From NCBI GenBank assembly GCA_017302855.1, contig JAFLBY010000001.1:9208-73207 (forward strand): DNA of 64,000 nucleotides, in the 5' to 3' direction. This document shows, piece by piece, positions 20,811-30,527 of this stretch (the stretch's first letter is position 1; each line of letters begins with the position of its first letter). A model generated the notes under the pieces. It searched no databases, had not been told where the DNA came from, and saw nothing but the letters and a program-made list of their open reading frames with translations. The DNA is from Candidatus Kapaibacterium sp. (GTDB taxonomy: Bacteria; Bacteroidota; Ignavibacteria; Kapaibacteriales; UBA961). Position numbers and translations under genes: made by a program.

Positions 20811-21380
20811 ATGGCAAATATCAAAAAAACAAACAAACCGGCTCAATCAATACAAGGAAAAATTATAGAGATAGTACAAAAAAACAAATCCCAATTGTTT
20901 TTTATCTTGACTGTAGGGATTGTTATGGTTATCTATTATAGTATTACGGGAACTCAGTGGTTCCGTCAAGATATGTTGCCAAGTTATCTACAAATACTTG
21001 CCCGGATTACTTCTGCATTGTTAAATATCATGGGAGAAAAGGTTTCTATAATACGCACAGTGGTCCAATCTCCTTCTTTTTCTATGGATATTGCGTATGG
21101 ATGTGATGCCCTTGAGCCGATAACTCTATTTTCTGTTGTTGTGCTATGTTTTCCTGCAAAAATATATGGACGCATTATGGGTGTAATATCAGGTGTCTGT
21201 TTGCTGTTTACACTGAATATTATTCGCTTGCTATCGCTTTATTATGCCGGTACATATTCACAGGAATTGTTTGAGTTATTCCATATTGAGATATGGCAAC
21301 CTGTTTTTATTATATGTGCTTTGGTGATGTTTTTGTTGTACGTGGGAATTATAAGAAAAAAAGGATGGAGTAATGTTTAA
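20811..21380 (+). CDS. Small polytopic membrane protein, possibly an exosortase/archaeosortase-family transpeptidase (short XrtF-like form)
   Basis: 189 aa with ~5 TM helices. Contains Cys in AYGCDALEP, followed ~40 residues later by NIIR inside a TM helix. This resembles the Cys...N-x-x-R arrangement of exosortases; inference only. Confidence 0.3.
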   Translation: MANIKKTNKPAQSIQGKIIEIVQKNKSQLFFILTVGIVMVIYYSITGTQWFRQDMLPSYLQILARITSALLNIMGEKVSIIRTVVQSPSFSMDIAYGCDALEPITLFSVVVLCFPAKIYGRIMGVISGVCLLFTLNIIRLLSLYYAGTYSQELFELFHIEIWQPVFIICALVMFLLYVGIIRKKGWSNV

Positions 21381-22017
21381 GACTATAGGGATATTTGTCG
21401 GAAAATTCTTTGCATGGTATGTATTTTTTATATTGATATTGTTTTTAGGATTTAACAAGCCATTTGCGGGGATGTTTCGATCAGTGGGAACAATGGTTTT
21501 TAAGACAATGTGGCATAATGTGGATGTGCAATATAAACCATCATATTCTGCACAAGGGATAGCGGCTCGTTTGAGGGATAACGATACACAAATCCAAATA
21601 ACAAATCACAATCTTCGTTTGCCCAATGGTTATCCACCAATGGGAAGTGTGGGGACTAATTCACGTTTACAAGCATATTTGCCAATAGCAATGATGATTG
21701 CTTTATCATTGTCTTTGCCTTTGGCTTTAAAAAGAAGTATGTTTATTATGGTAATAGGATTGGTGCTTCTTTGTATGTGGATATTGTTCTTACTTGGTTT
21801 TGTTGTTGTAGTATATGGTGAATTATCCGGTATTGGTTGGTATGGTTTTTCTCAAGAGTCGAAACAAAGTATGCAGGAAATATTAGAAATTATTCTTATG
21901 AATCAAATAGGTTTATCATATGTAATTCCTTTTGTACTGTGGATCATTATCATAGTATGTACAGGTGATTATCGTCAAATAGTAATGTTGTTGACGGAGA
22001 AAGAGAAAAGTATATAG
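21373..22017 (+). CDS. Polytopic membrane protein, possible partner of the upstream exosortase-like protein
   Basis: 214 aa with 4-5 TM helices; start overlaps the previous gene. Confidence 0.3.
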   Translation: MFKTIGIFVGKFFAWYVFFILILFLGFNKPFAGMFRSVGTMVFKTMWHNVDVQYKPSYSAQGIAARLRDNDTQIQITNHNLRLPNGYPPMGSVGTNSRLQAYLPIAMMIALSLSLPLALKRSMFIMVIGLVLLCMWILFLLGFVVVVYGELSGIGWYGFSQESKQSMQEILEIILMNQIGLSYVIPFVLWIIIIVCTGDYRQIVMLLTEKEKSI

Positions 22018-22170
22018 TCATTGTATGAACATTCTATGCAAAAAACTTAATTGTGAAATAATATAAAAACTCAGAATAATGTCATTGTGAATACATAGTT
22101 CTGAAACTCAAAATTTCCAAGTTTGCACTTCAATGTTCCTTAAAAACCCACATACCTAAAGACAAAACAC

Positions 22171-25100
22171 TTAATTCTTTATCAATGTTTGTGATAGTTG
22201 TTTGCCCTGTTCTGTTATGATGTTGATAATATAATTCCCCGTTGCTAAGTTCTCCGTGTTAATTGGTTTAGTATATGACGAATTTCCTTGTGAGACGATT
22301 CTCCCCTCTACATCAATTATTGTATAGCTGAAATTACCTTCAAGATTATCAGGGGAACTTACGGTAAATGAATGTGATACAGGATTGGGAAATACTTGAA
22401 CGAGATTATCTTGTACATCAAAATCATGCAGTGCGCTTATGACCGCTATATTAAAATCTTTCCAAACAGGTGTCTTTTTATATACATCTTGAGTTCCTTC
22501 GGGTACATATAAAATTACATTCGGTATAGTAACATTTTCAAAAACATTGGCGTTTATTTCTAAAGGCATTTTCCAATGTACCGTTACCGATGCCAATGCC
22601 GAACAATCAGAAAATGTTCTGTCACCAATGCTTGTCACAGACTGGGGAATGTTTACCGAAGTCAAGCCCTTGCACCCTGCGAATGCCTCTTCTTCAATAC
22701 CTGTAACATCATACGTAATAGAGGCATTTGTTATAGATGTCGAAACATTTCCATTGCCTGAAATTGATGTGGAGTTTACTGTTGCCGGAATATTTGCATT
22801 GCCAATAAACGAAGAATTTTTTGCCACCGCCACAGTAGGTGGAATTAATGATGTCACTGTGTAAGAGATATCATCATTTGTAAATTTTTGCCCAAAAACT
22901 TCGATTTTAAAATCTTTCCAAACGGGCGTAGTGCTGTAACGTTTTCTGGCTGTATCCGGTACATATAATGTTACTGCCGATAATATTACATCGTTAAAAA
23001 TATTGGCATTTATTGCCAAGGGGGTTATCCAATTCACGGTTACCGATGTCAAACCGGCACCTGCGAATGCTTGTTGCCCAATATTCATTACAGAATTAGG
23101 GATGTTAATCGAAGTCAAACTGCTACACTTTGCAAATGCACTTGCACCAATACTCTTAATAACATTAGGAATGCTTACCGATGCCAAATTGCTACACTCT
23201 GCGAATGTAGTTGCACTAATAATCGTTACAGAGTTAGGAATTCTTACAGAAACCAAGCCCTTACAATTTTTGAATGCGGCTGCACCAATACTCGTTACTG
23301 AATTTGGAATGCTTACAGAAGCCAAGCCCGTACAATTTTCAAATGCATTAGATCCAATTCTCGTTACGGAATATGTAATTGATGCATTTGTAACAGTCGC
23401 CGGAATGTTTGCACTTCCGACAAAGGAAGTATTCAATCCTACCTCTACAGTAGGCGGACTTGATGATGTAATTGTATAATTGATGTCATTAACAGAGAAA
23501 GTTTGTTTAATTACTTGTATTTTAAAATCCTTCCAAACAGGTGTAGTTCTATAAGCGTTTTGAGTTTCGATCGGCACATATAAAGTGTCCATTGATAATG
23601 GACCTGTAAATACATTGGTACTGATTTCCAAAGGTTTTGTCCAATTAACAGTGACCGATGTCAAGCCGGCATCTAAGAACGCACCTTCTTTAATATACTT
23701 AACAGTGTTAGGAAAGATTACTGACCTCAAACTGGAACAACCTTTGAATGCATCATAACCAATACTAATAGCAGATTTAGGGATATTTACAGAATGTAAG
23801 CGAAAACAGTTTTCGAATAAGCCGTCACCAACCCTCGTCACATGATCAGGAATATTGATCGAAGTCAATCCGTCACAACCGGAGAATGCATAATCACCAA
23901 TACTGATAACCGCATCAGGAATATTAATCGAAGTCAATCTGTAACAACCGGCAAATGCACCGTCACCAATACTTGTAACCGCATCAGGAATATTGATCGA
24001 AGTCAATTCTCTACAACCGGCGAATGTACTTTCACCAATACTTGTAACTGAAATAGGAATACTGATTGAACTCAACCTCCAACACTCTGCGAATACACGG
24101 CTTTCAATAGTTGTGATCGAATTAGGAATGGAAAGAGAAGTCAATCCGGTACAATATGCGAATGTACTTTCACCAATACTTGTAACTGAAATAGGAATAT
24201 TGATTGAAGTCAATCTGGTACAACTGTGGAATGCACTGTTTCCAATAGTGGTCACTGAATTAGGAATGGTAAGAGAAGTCAATCCGGTACAATATGCGAA
24301 TGCACTGTTTCCAATATTCGTCACCGAATTACCCAAAGTAACCGAAGTTAAGCCTGTACAATGTGCGAATGCAGATTCACCAATATTCGTCACCGAATTA
24401 CCCAAAGTAACCGAAGTTAAGCCTGTACAAACATTAAAAGCAGCCTCACCAATATTCGTCACCGAATTACCCAAAGTAACCGAAGTTAAGCCTGTACAAT
24501 GTGCGAATGCAGATTCACCAATATTCGTCACCGAATTACCCAAAGTAACCGAAGTTAAGCCTATACAATGTGCGAATGCAGATTCACCAATATTCGTCAC
24601 CGAATTACCCAAAGTAACCGAAGTGAATCCGGTACAATTTTCGAATGCTGATTTTCCAATAGTATTTACCGAATGAGGAATAATAATTGAAGTCAAGCTG
24701 GAACAACGTGAAAAAGCGTTATCACCAATACTCAATACTGAATTACCCAAAGTAACCGAAGTGAATCCGGTACAATTTTCGAATGCTGATTTTCCAATAG
24801 TTTTTACTGAAGAAGGAATAATAATCGAAGTCAAGCTGGAACAATCTAAGAAAGCGGCATCACCAATACTCGTTACTGAATTACCCAAAGTAACTGAAGT
24901 CATACTGTCGCAACCTTTGAATGCATAATCACTAATCTTGATAACAGAATTAGGAATGTTCACCGAAGTCAAACCTGTACAGTTTTGGAATGCATAACCT
25001 CCAATACTTGTGACCGAACTCGGAATGATAACCGAAGTCAAACCGGAACAACCTGAGAAAGCGGCATAACTAATACTCATTACCGAATTACCAATGTTCA

Positions 25101-26040
25101 CCGAGGTCAGATCTTTACAATTGTTGAATACATTGTCACCGATATATGTAACAGAATTGGGAATATCTAATGAAGTTAATCCGGCACTTGCGAATGCATA
25201 CGCCCCAATAGTTGTCAAGGAATTAGGAAGGTTAATAGATTTTAATCCGGCTCTTACGAATGCATACCTCCCAATAGTTGTGACCGAACTCGGAATATTT
25301 ACTGAAGTCAATCGTTGGCATTGTTCGAATACACTTTCTTCAATAGTTTCTACCGAATTTGGAATGTCTATTGAAGTCAAAGCGGTACAATATGCGAATG
25401 TACGGCTTCCAATAAATGTTACCGAATTAGGAATACTTACAGAAGTCAAGCTGATACAATTTATAAACGCACTCCCAGCAATAGTTGTGACCGAATTAGG
25501 AATGCTGATTGAACTCAACCTCCAACACTCTGCGAATACACGGCTTTCAATAGTTGTGATCGAATTAGGAATGGTAACTGAAGTCAAGCCGGTACAACCT
25601 GAGAAAGCGGCATCACCAATACTCATTACCGAATTAGGAATGGTAATTGAAGTCAAACTTGAACACCCGTAGAATGCACGATTTCCAATATTTTTTACCG
25701 AATTAGGAATGTTTGCTAATCTCAAGCTTTCACAATTAATGAAGGCATGATCACTAATATTTTTTACCGAATTAGGAATGATAACATATATCAATGCTTT
25801 GTTATATGCGAATGCACTACTTCCAATACTCGTTACACCATACGTAATTGATGCATTTGTTACAGTAGCCGGAATATTTGCCATGCCGGTAAAAGAATAA
25901 TGCGTAGCTACTTCTACAGTAGCCGGATTCATTGATGTTACTTTATAATTAATGCCATCAACTTTGAATTCTTGCCCAAAGACATTGATGTGGGACATAA
26001 TGATTGCTAACAAGGCAAGGCAAAAAATTTTCATATTCAT
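22171..26040 (-). CDS. Very large BspA-type leucine-rich-repeat surface protein with a T9SS C-terminal sorting domain
   Basis: 1289 aa. Signal peptide; dozens of IPNSVTSIGxxAFxxCxxLTSV repeats; three FxVDGINYxVTS modules. C-terminal VFPNPVSHSFTVS...GNYIINIITEQGKQLSQTLIKN matches the Por/T9SS CTD. Confidence 0.8.
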   Translation of the reverse strand: MNMKIFCLALLAIIMSHINVFGQEFKVDGINYKVTSMNPATVEVATHYSFTGMANIPATVTNASITYGVTSIGSSAFAYNKALIYVIIPNSVKNISDHAFINCESLRLANIPNSVKNIGNRAFYGCSSLTSITIPNSVMSIGDAAFSGCTGLTSVTIPNSITTIESRVFAECWRLSSISIPNSVTTIAGSAFINCISLTSVSIPNSVTFIGSRTFAYCTALTSIDIPNSVETIEESVFEQCQRLTSVNIPSSVTTIGRYAFVRAGLKSINLPNSLTTIGAYAFASAGLTSLDIPNSVTYIGDNVFNNCKDLTSVNIGNSVMSISYAAFSGCSGLTSVIIPSSVTSIGGYAFQNCTGLTSVNIPNSVIKISDYAFKGCDSMTSVTLGNSVTSIGDAAFLDCSSLTSIIIPSSVKTIGKSAFENCTGFTSVTLGNSVLSIGDNAFSRCSSLTSIIIPHSVNTIGKSAFENCTGFTSVTLGNSVTNIGESAFAHCIGLTSVTLGNSVTNIGESAFAHCTGLTSVTLGNSVTNIGEAAFNVCTGLTSVTLGNSVTNIGESAFAHCTGLTSVTLGNSVTNIGNSAFAYCTGLTSLTIPNSVTTIGNSAFHSCTRLTSINIPISVTSIGESTFAYCTGLTSLSIPNSITTIESRVFAECWRLSSISIPISVTSIGESTFAGCRELTSINIPDAVTSIGDGAFAGCYRLTSINIPDAVISIGDYAFSGCDGLTSINIPDHVTRVGDGLFENCFRLHSVNIPKSAISIGYDAFKGCSSLRSVIFPNTVKYIKEGAFLDAGLTSVTVNWTKPLEISTNVFTGPLSMDTLYVPIETQNAYRTTPVWKDFKIQVIKQTFSVNDINYTITSSSPPTVEVGLNTSFVGSANIPATVTNASITYSVTRIGSNAFENCTGLASVSIPNSVTSIGAAAFKNCKGLVSVRIPNSVTIISATTFAECSNLASVSIPNVIKSIGASAFAKCSSLTSINIPNSVMNIGQQAFAGAGLTSVTVNWITPLAINANIFNDVILSAVTLYVPDTARKRYSTTPVWKDFKIEVFGQKFTNDDISYTVTSLIPPTVAVAKNSSFIGNANIPATVNSTSISGNGNVSTSITNASITYDVTGIEEEAFAGCKGLTSVNIPQSVTSIGDRTFSDCSALASVTVHWKMPLEINANVFENVTIPNVILYVPEGTQDVYKKTPVWKDFNIAVISALHDFDVQDNLVQVFPNPVSHSFTVSSPDNLEGNFSYTIIDVEGRIVSQGNSSYTKPINTENLATGNYIINIITEQGKQLSQTLIKN
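24311..24655. repeat. Five near-identical 69-bp tandem repeats inside the LRR gene (one 23-aa LRR unit each); more diverged copies continue to ~24900
   Basis: The unit ccaatattcgtcaccgaattacccaaagtaaccgaagttaagcctgtacaatgtgcgaatgcagattca recurs at 69-nt period. Confidence 0.6.
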
Positions 26041-26708
26041 ACAACGAATAACTGATACCTACTTCCAGATAATTTTACGTCGCTGTTTCGGTAATTCCGA
26101 CTATGTATTTGTCTAAACAAAAAACTGGAAGCTCAACATTACTTTCTTTGCAATACCGATAACATGTTCTCAACAAGAACAATTCCACATTGTGATGGAA
26201 AGTAAGCTATTCTTATCGTTTAACCGATATAAGTCCCAATAATCAATGCAATCTAAATCATAGAAAGTTCGCTTGTCTGTTTTCTCAATAGTTTGAGCAA
26301 AGCACTCAGTCGAAAATATAATTATGAGAAGGACTGCACTGTTTATAGTTTGCCTACGCTTGTTGTTCGCGTGGACGCATTGTGCTTTCCCGTATCGCGA
26401 AACTACAAAACTTTAGCAACACAGTCAAAAATCTAACGATAATGTTGTAAACAACAAAACATTTTGTGCAGCATAGCATCATTATATGCGCTTGTTGTCA
26501 TTGAGTAAAGCTTATTTGTTTTGGATAAATTTGTCGTAAAAATTGTTTGAAGCCGGGTGTCTATAAAAATTGTTAAAATTACGTAGTTTGAAAAGTATGG
26601 TGTTGCGCTTATGGTTTCAGTGTTTCAGATTTCACTACATTAAGAAAATCTCTTCAATTGCCTTTGAGTATTCCTCAATAGACAGAGTTATAATAAAAGC
26701 ACGTATTA

Positions 26709-27794
26709 TTATTGTCTCAAAAAATCAGCGAGTAGTCTGTGAAAATGATGTGTTCCTTGTTCGCGATTCACAGAAAATCTTCCTGTTGAATACACTCTTG
26801 ATTTGAGACCTTTATATACATTTTCCACCACGAATTCATCTTCGCGCTCTACTTTGTCCAACATTGCTCCCGCCCCCGAATGCAATTTGCTCTCATCATA
26901 GAGATATGTAATAAAGCTAACTTTTGTTTTATCAATGGTTATTGGTTTCACGATATTGATAGATAAACCCCAAGGATAAAAATTGAACATCATATTCGGG
27001 AATATCCAATAATAATAAGCGGCAATGGATTTACCATAATCGGGATGTCCTTCAGGCAAAATGAAACATTCCTCACCATCTTTTGCATATCCGATTTGCA
27101 CATTGAAATAATCATATAATTCTGTGGTATATAGCCCATAATCCAAAACTGAGTTCAAATCCTGATGCACGTACGGAATATGAAATCCCTCAAGATAATT
27201 GTCGCAATACAATGCCCAATGCGCATTCACAAGATATTCTTTTCCTAAAGTCGGTTTATGAATAAATTCATCCAGAGGCAAAAAACCAATGCGTTCATTC
27301 ATGATGGAAAGAATATTACGCAGTTCGAATCGGGGAGAAATTCCCGTAAATAAAAATGGACCCCATTCCACCAAATCAAATTGATGTAAATTATCGCATG
27401 GTCTGGGGAAATTCTCAGTCAAAGAAAATTCAGGCATGGATACAAATGTTCCATCTTGTTTGAATCTTCTGCCATGATACATACACGTGAGAAATTTGGC
27501 TGATCCGGGGTTATGCACCACGATATTTCCACGATGAGTACATACATTGGAAAGACATCGAAGAGTGTCATCCGCAGAACGAATTAAAACCATTGGCTCA
27601 TTCAAATAACTATCTAATAGATAGAATGGATACGTGCTATTCGGTAAACTATTTAGACGTTTATCCCCAATCCATTGCCATGATGAGGCAAATATTCGAT
27701 CTTTCATACTCTCAAATATAGTGGTATCATGATAAAATGAGCCGGGCAATGTTTCGGCTTTGCTGATATCCGGGTCTATGTAGAGTTGTTTCAT
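26709..27794 (-). CDS. Rieske [2Fe-2S] non-heme-iron oxygenase, alpha-subunit-like (PaO/CMO/KshA-type)
   Basis: CTHRGNIVVHNPGSAKFLTCMYHGRRF Rieske motif; C-terminal catalytic domain with EGFHIPYVHQD. Confidence 0.7.
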   Translation of the reverse strand: MKQLYIDPDISKAETLPGSFYHDTTIFESMKDRIFASSWQWIGDKRLNSLPNSTYPFYLLDSYLNEPMVLIRSADDTLRCLSNVCTHRGNIVVHNPGSAKFLTCMYHGRRFKQDGTFVSMPEFSLTENFPRPCDNLHQFDLVEWGPFLFTGISPRFELRNILSIMNERIGFLPLDEFIHKPTLGKEYLVNAHWALYCDNYLEGFHIPYVHQDLNSVLDYGLYTTELYDYFNVQIGYAKDGEECFILPEGHPDYGKSIAAYYYWIFPNMMFNFYPWGLSINIVKPITIDKTKVSFITYLYDESKLHSGAGAMLDKVEREDEFVVENVYKGLKSRVYSTGRFSVNREQGTHHFHRLLADFLRQ

Positions 27795-27942
27795 TGTTCT
27801 CTCTCGAAAATAATTACCGTCACCGTAGGATTAAATATGCGAAAATGTCAGGAGCGTCGAAGTCCCTAAGGGGTTTTGCACACTTGTTGCCTTGAAGTAA
27901 AGAGTTTATCTTCTTCAAAACTACAAAACTTTGGCAACTAAA

Positions 27943-28797
27943 TTACTTTTGCAAATTTTGGGAGTATTGGTCAAGGAAATGACGTTCGGATTCAGTGAGG
28001 GCATCGTATCCAACTTCAATCATTCTGTCAAGGATGAGATTTAATTGTTCTTCATCCGTAAAATCTTCTTCTCTAAATTCTGTGAACATTGATGGTGTTT
28101 TGGATGATATCGTGCCGGTAATGCTAACAGGTTCAAGCTCTTCATCGGGCGGAGGTGCAATGACCGGTAATGTTGTTGATTGAATAATGCTTTGCTTTTT
28201 TACGGATGAGCGTTTATTAGACCAACTCAAAGCTATGCCGAGGCAACCACCGATAATACTTTGTGAGAACTGACGATAGAACAAAAATGATTCGGATGTC
28301 AGAAGATAAGCACCGGAGAATATAAGTCCTATGATTGCTAAAAGTGTAGCAAACACGGGAACAGGTATGCGATAACCGACAAACACTTCTGCAATGTGAC
28401 GCGGAAATAAAGCCACATACATTCCTAAAGTGAAAAATGAAATAAGCGTGGTGCCATTAAGTGGATTGGGGTCAGAAGGAAGAAATAACATAAAGCCCAA
28501 TGCTTGCAACACTGTCAGCATGGTTAACAAGAGAGGAAACTTGAAGCGAGGGAATACGGTTTCAACCTTGTCGCCGGCGAAAAACATGACAGACATAAAC
28601 ACAAGCAATTCACCAACAGATTGTCCGGAAAAAGGATAGGTGAATAATCGCCAAATGTCATAATGATGGAGAACCGCATCGGAACTGAGTTGAAGCAGAG
28701 GAACAATGTGAGTGCCTTTGCTAATAATGTCGAGCAAAAACGTCATCCCGACAATGAGAAGGAGTTTATGCGAAAACGATATACCGATGGGTTTCAT
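27943..28797 (-). CDS. Rhomboid-like polytopic membrane protein; the catalytic GxSG motif is not evident
   Basis: YDIWRLFTYPF motif typical of rhomboids and 6 TM helices. The expected Ser position reads LNGTTLISF. Soluble acidic C-terminal tail. Confidence 0.35.
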   Translation of the reverse strand: MKPIGISFSHKLLLIVGMTFLLDIISKGTHIVPLLQLSSDAVLHHYDIWRLFTYPFSGQSVGELLVFMSVMFFAGDKVETVFPRFKFPLLLTMLTVLQALGFMLFLPSDPNPLNGTTLISFFTLGMYVALFPRHIAEVFVGYRIPVPVFATLLAIIGLIFSGAYLLTSESFLFYRQFSQSIIGGCLGIALSWSNKRSSVKKQSIIQSTTLPVIAPPPDEELEPVSITGTISSKTPSMFTEFREEDFTDEEQLNLILDRMIEVGYDALTESERHFLDQYSQNLQK

Positions 28798-28914
28798 TAC
28801 TGTTTTATTCTCTATAAAAAATAGGTGATTACGTTAATGACACCGTAATCACCCAAAAGTTTCAACACATGATGATAGCGGAACAGCAATGGCTGTGCCG
28901 AAACCATTATCGGA

Positions 28915-29451
28915 TTATGAAAGTGAATCTAAAACCTTATCCACTTCTTGGAGATTGACTTTTTCATAAAACACTTCATTTACCGCAATCATTGGTGCCC
29001 CACCGCAAGCTCCCATACATTCCACTTCTTCGAGAGAGTACTTACCGTCGGGAGTTCTTTGATTATGAGAGATGCCGTATTTACCGGACACATGGCGATA
29101 TATGTCTTCACCGCCGCGCAACATGCACGAAATATTCGTACATACTTGGATATGATAATTGCCCATAGGTTTTTTAAAATACATTGTGTAAAAAGTTGCT
29201 ACTCCTTTTACATGTGCAGTGGGCAAATCAAGCAATTGACCAATGTATCGCATAACATCTTCGGACAACCAGCCCCATTTTTTTTGAGCCATCCACAAGA
29301 CGGGCATGATTGCCGCTTTGGGTTCGGGATACTTTGATTTGTGCAATTCCACCTGTTGCAATTCTTCAGGAGTAAATGTAATGTCCATGAGGAAAATCCT
29401 TTGTCGGTAGTAAAAACGATTGTGTGAAAGATACCCGCCAAAGGCGAGCAC
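28915..29451 (-). CDS. NuoE-like thioredoxin-fold [2Fe-2S] ferredoxin (24-kDa subunit family), standalone
   Basis: CTNISCMLRGG...CMGACGGAPMIAVN cysteine pattern; 178 aa. Confidence 0.65.
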   Translation of the reverse strand: MLAFGGYLSHNRFYYRQRIFLMDITFTPEELQQVELHKSKYPEPKAAIMPVLWMAQKKWGWLSEDVMRYIGQLLDLPTAHVKGVATFYTMYFKKPMGNYHIQVCTNISCMLRGGEDIYRHVSGKYGISHNQRTPDGKYSLEEVECMGACGGAPMIAVNEVFYEKVNLQEVDKVLDSLS

Positions 29452-29654
29452 ACTTTATTTCTATGGCAAAAATACGAAACACGATTATATAGACTTTCCA
29501 AAAAAGAGTATGCAGCGTCCTAAAATTGTCATAATCTCTGCCGACTTGGTAGTTTTGTGTAAATTTTGAGGACAACACTTTGTTGATGAATGAAGACTGC
29601 CTCGGATTTGTTGTGAAGAGTTTTTGTTTTCTAATCTTTTACTTTTGCTGACTT

Positions 29655-30521
29655 ATGGTTCGTGATCTCAATGACGCATCGGTGTTACGGCTTATACAAA
29701 TAGCTCTTACCGAAGATATTGGAACCGGTGATATTACTGCCGAAAGCATCTTTGATATTGATGCTATTGCAAGTGCTTCACTTCTTGCCAAAGAGAGTGG
29801 CATAATCTGTGGTTTGAAAATTGCCGAACTGACGTTCCGAAATTTTACCATTGATATGAACTGGCGAACATTTTGTAATGATGGTGATTATGTGGAAAAA
29901 GGAAGTGTTATTGCCCAAATTGAAGCCCCAAGCCGTGTTTTGCTTTCCGGGGAAAGAACAGCCCTTAATTTTTTACAAAGGATGTCGGGGGTTGCTACCC
30001 AAGCCAATAGATATGTTCGTGCTATCGAAGGAACGGGGTGCCGAGTATTAGATACACGAAAAACCATCCCCGGTTGGCGTTTGCTTGATAAATATGCTGC
30101 GAAAATTGGTGGCGCAACGAATCATCGCTATGGTCTTTACGATATGGTGATGATAAAGGATAACCATATCACGGCTGCCGGCAGTATTGAAAAAGCCATT
30201 GAGATTGTGATTAAAGAAACTTCGAATTATCCCTTACCTATAGAAGTGGAAACTGCCACATTAGGCGATGTTGCGAGGGTATTGCAAGTTGGCGGCATCA
30301 CGCGAATTATGTTCGATAATTTTAGCGTTGCGAATGTTCGCGAAGCCGTGAAGATGGTGGAAGGGCGTTTTGAAACAGAAGCCTCCGGCGGTATCAATCT
30401 TCAAACCATTCGCGATTATGCGGAAACAGGAGTAGATTTTGTCTCTGTGGGAGCTATTACCCATTCTGCCCCTGCTCTGGATATTTCGATGAACATTATT
30501 GTGTCACGACAATTTTATTAA
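29655..30521 (+). CDS. nadC: Nicotinate-nucleotide pyrophosphorylase (quinolinate phosphoribosyltransferase)
   Basis: LLSGERTALNFLQRMSGVAT and the rest of the NadC fold; 288 aa. Confidence 0.85.
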   Translation: MVRDLNDASVLRLIQIALTEDIGTGDITAESIFDIDAIASASLLAKESGIICGLKIAELTFRNFTIDMNWRTFCNDGDYVEKGSVIAQIEAPSRVLLSGERTALNFLQRMSGVATQANRYVRAIEGTGCRVLDTRKTIPGWRLLDKYAAKIGGATNHRYGLYDMVMIKDNHITAAGSIEKAIEIVIKETSNYPLPIEVETATLGDVARVLQVGGITRIMFDNFSVANVREAVKMVEGRFETEASGGINLQTIRDYAETGVDFVSVGAITHSAPALDISMNIIVSRQFY

Positions 30522-30527
30522 TAAAAC

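Noticed and set aside
22547-25672. Multiple plus-strand ORFs (61-227 aa) inside the LRR gene region
   Set aside because: These are antisense read-throughs of the repetitive LRR coding sequence, repeat-derived with no independent signal.
27925-27960. Sigma-54-like TTGGCA...TTTTGCA element
   Set aside because: The GG-to-GC spacing is ~16 nt instead of the required 10, so it does not fit the -24/-12 geometry.
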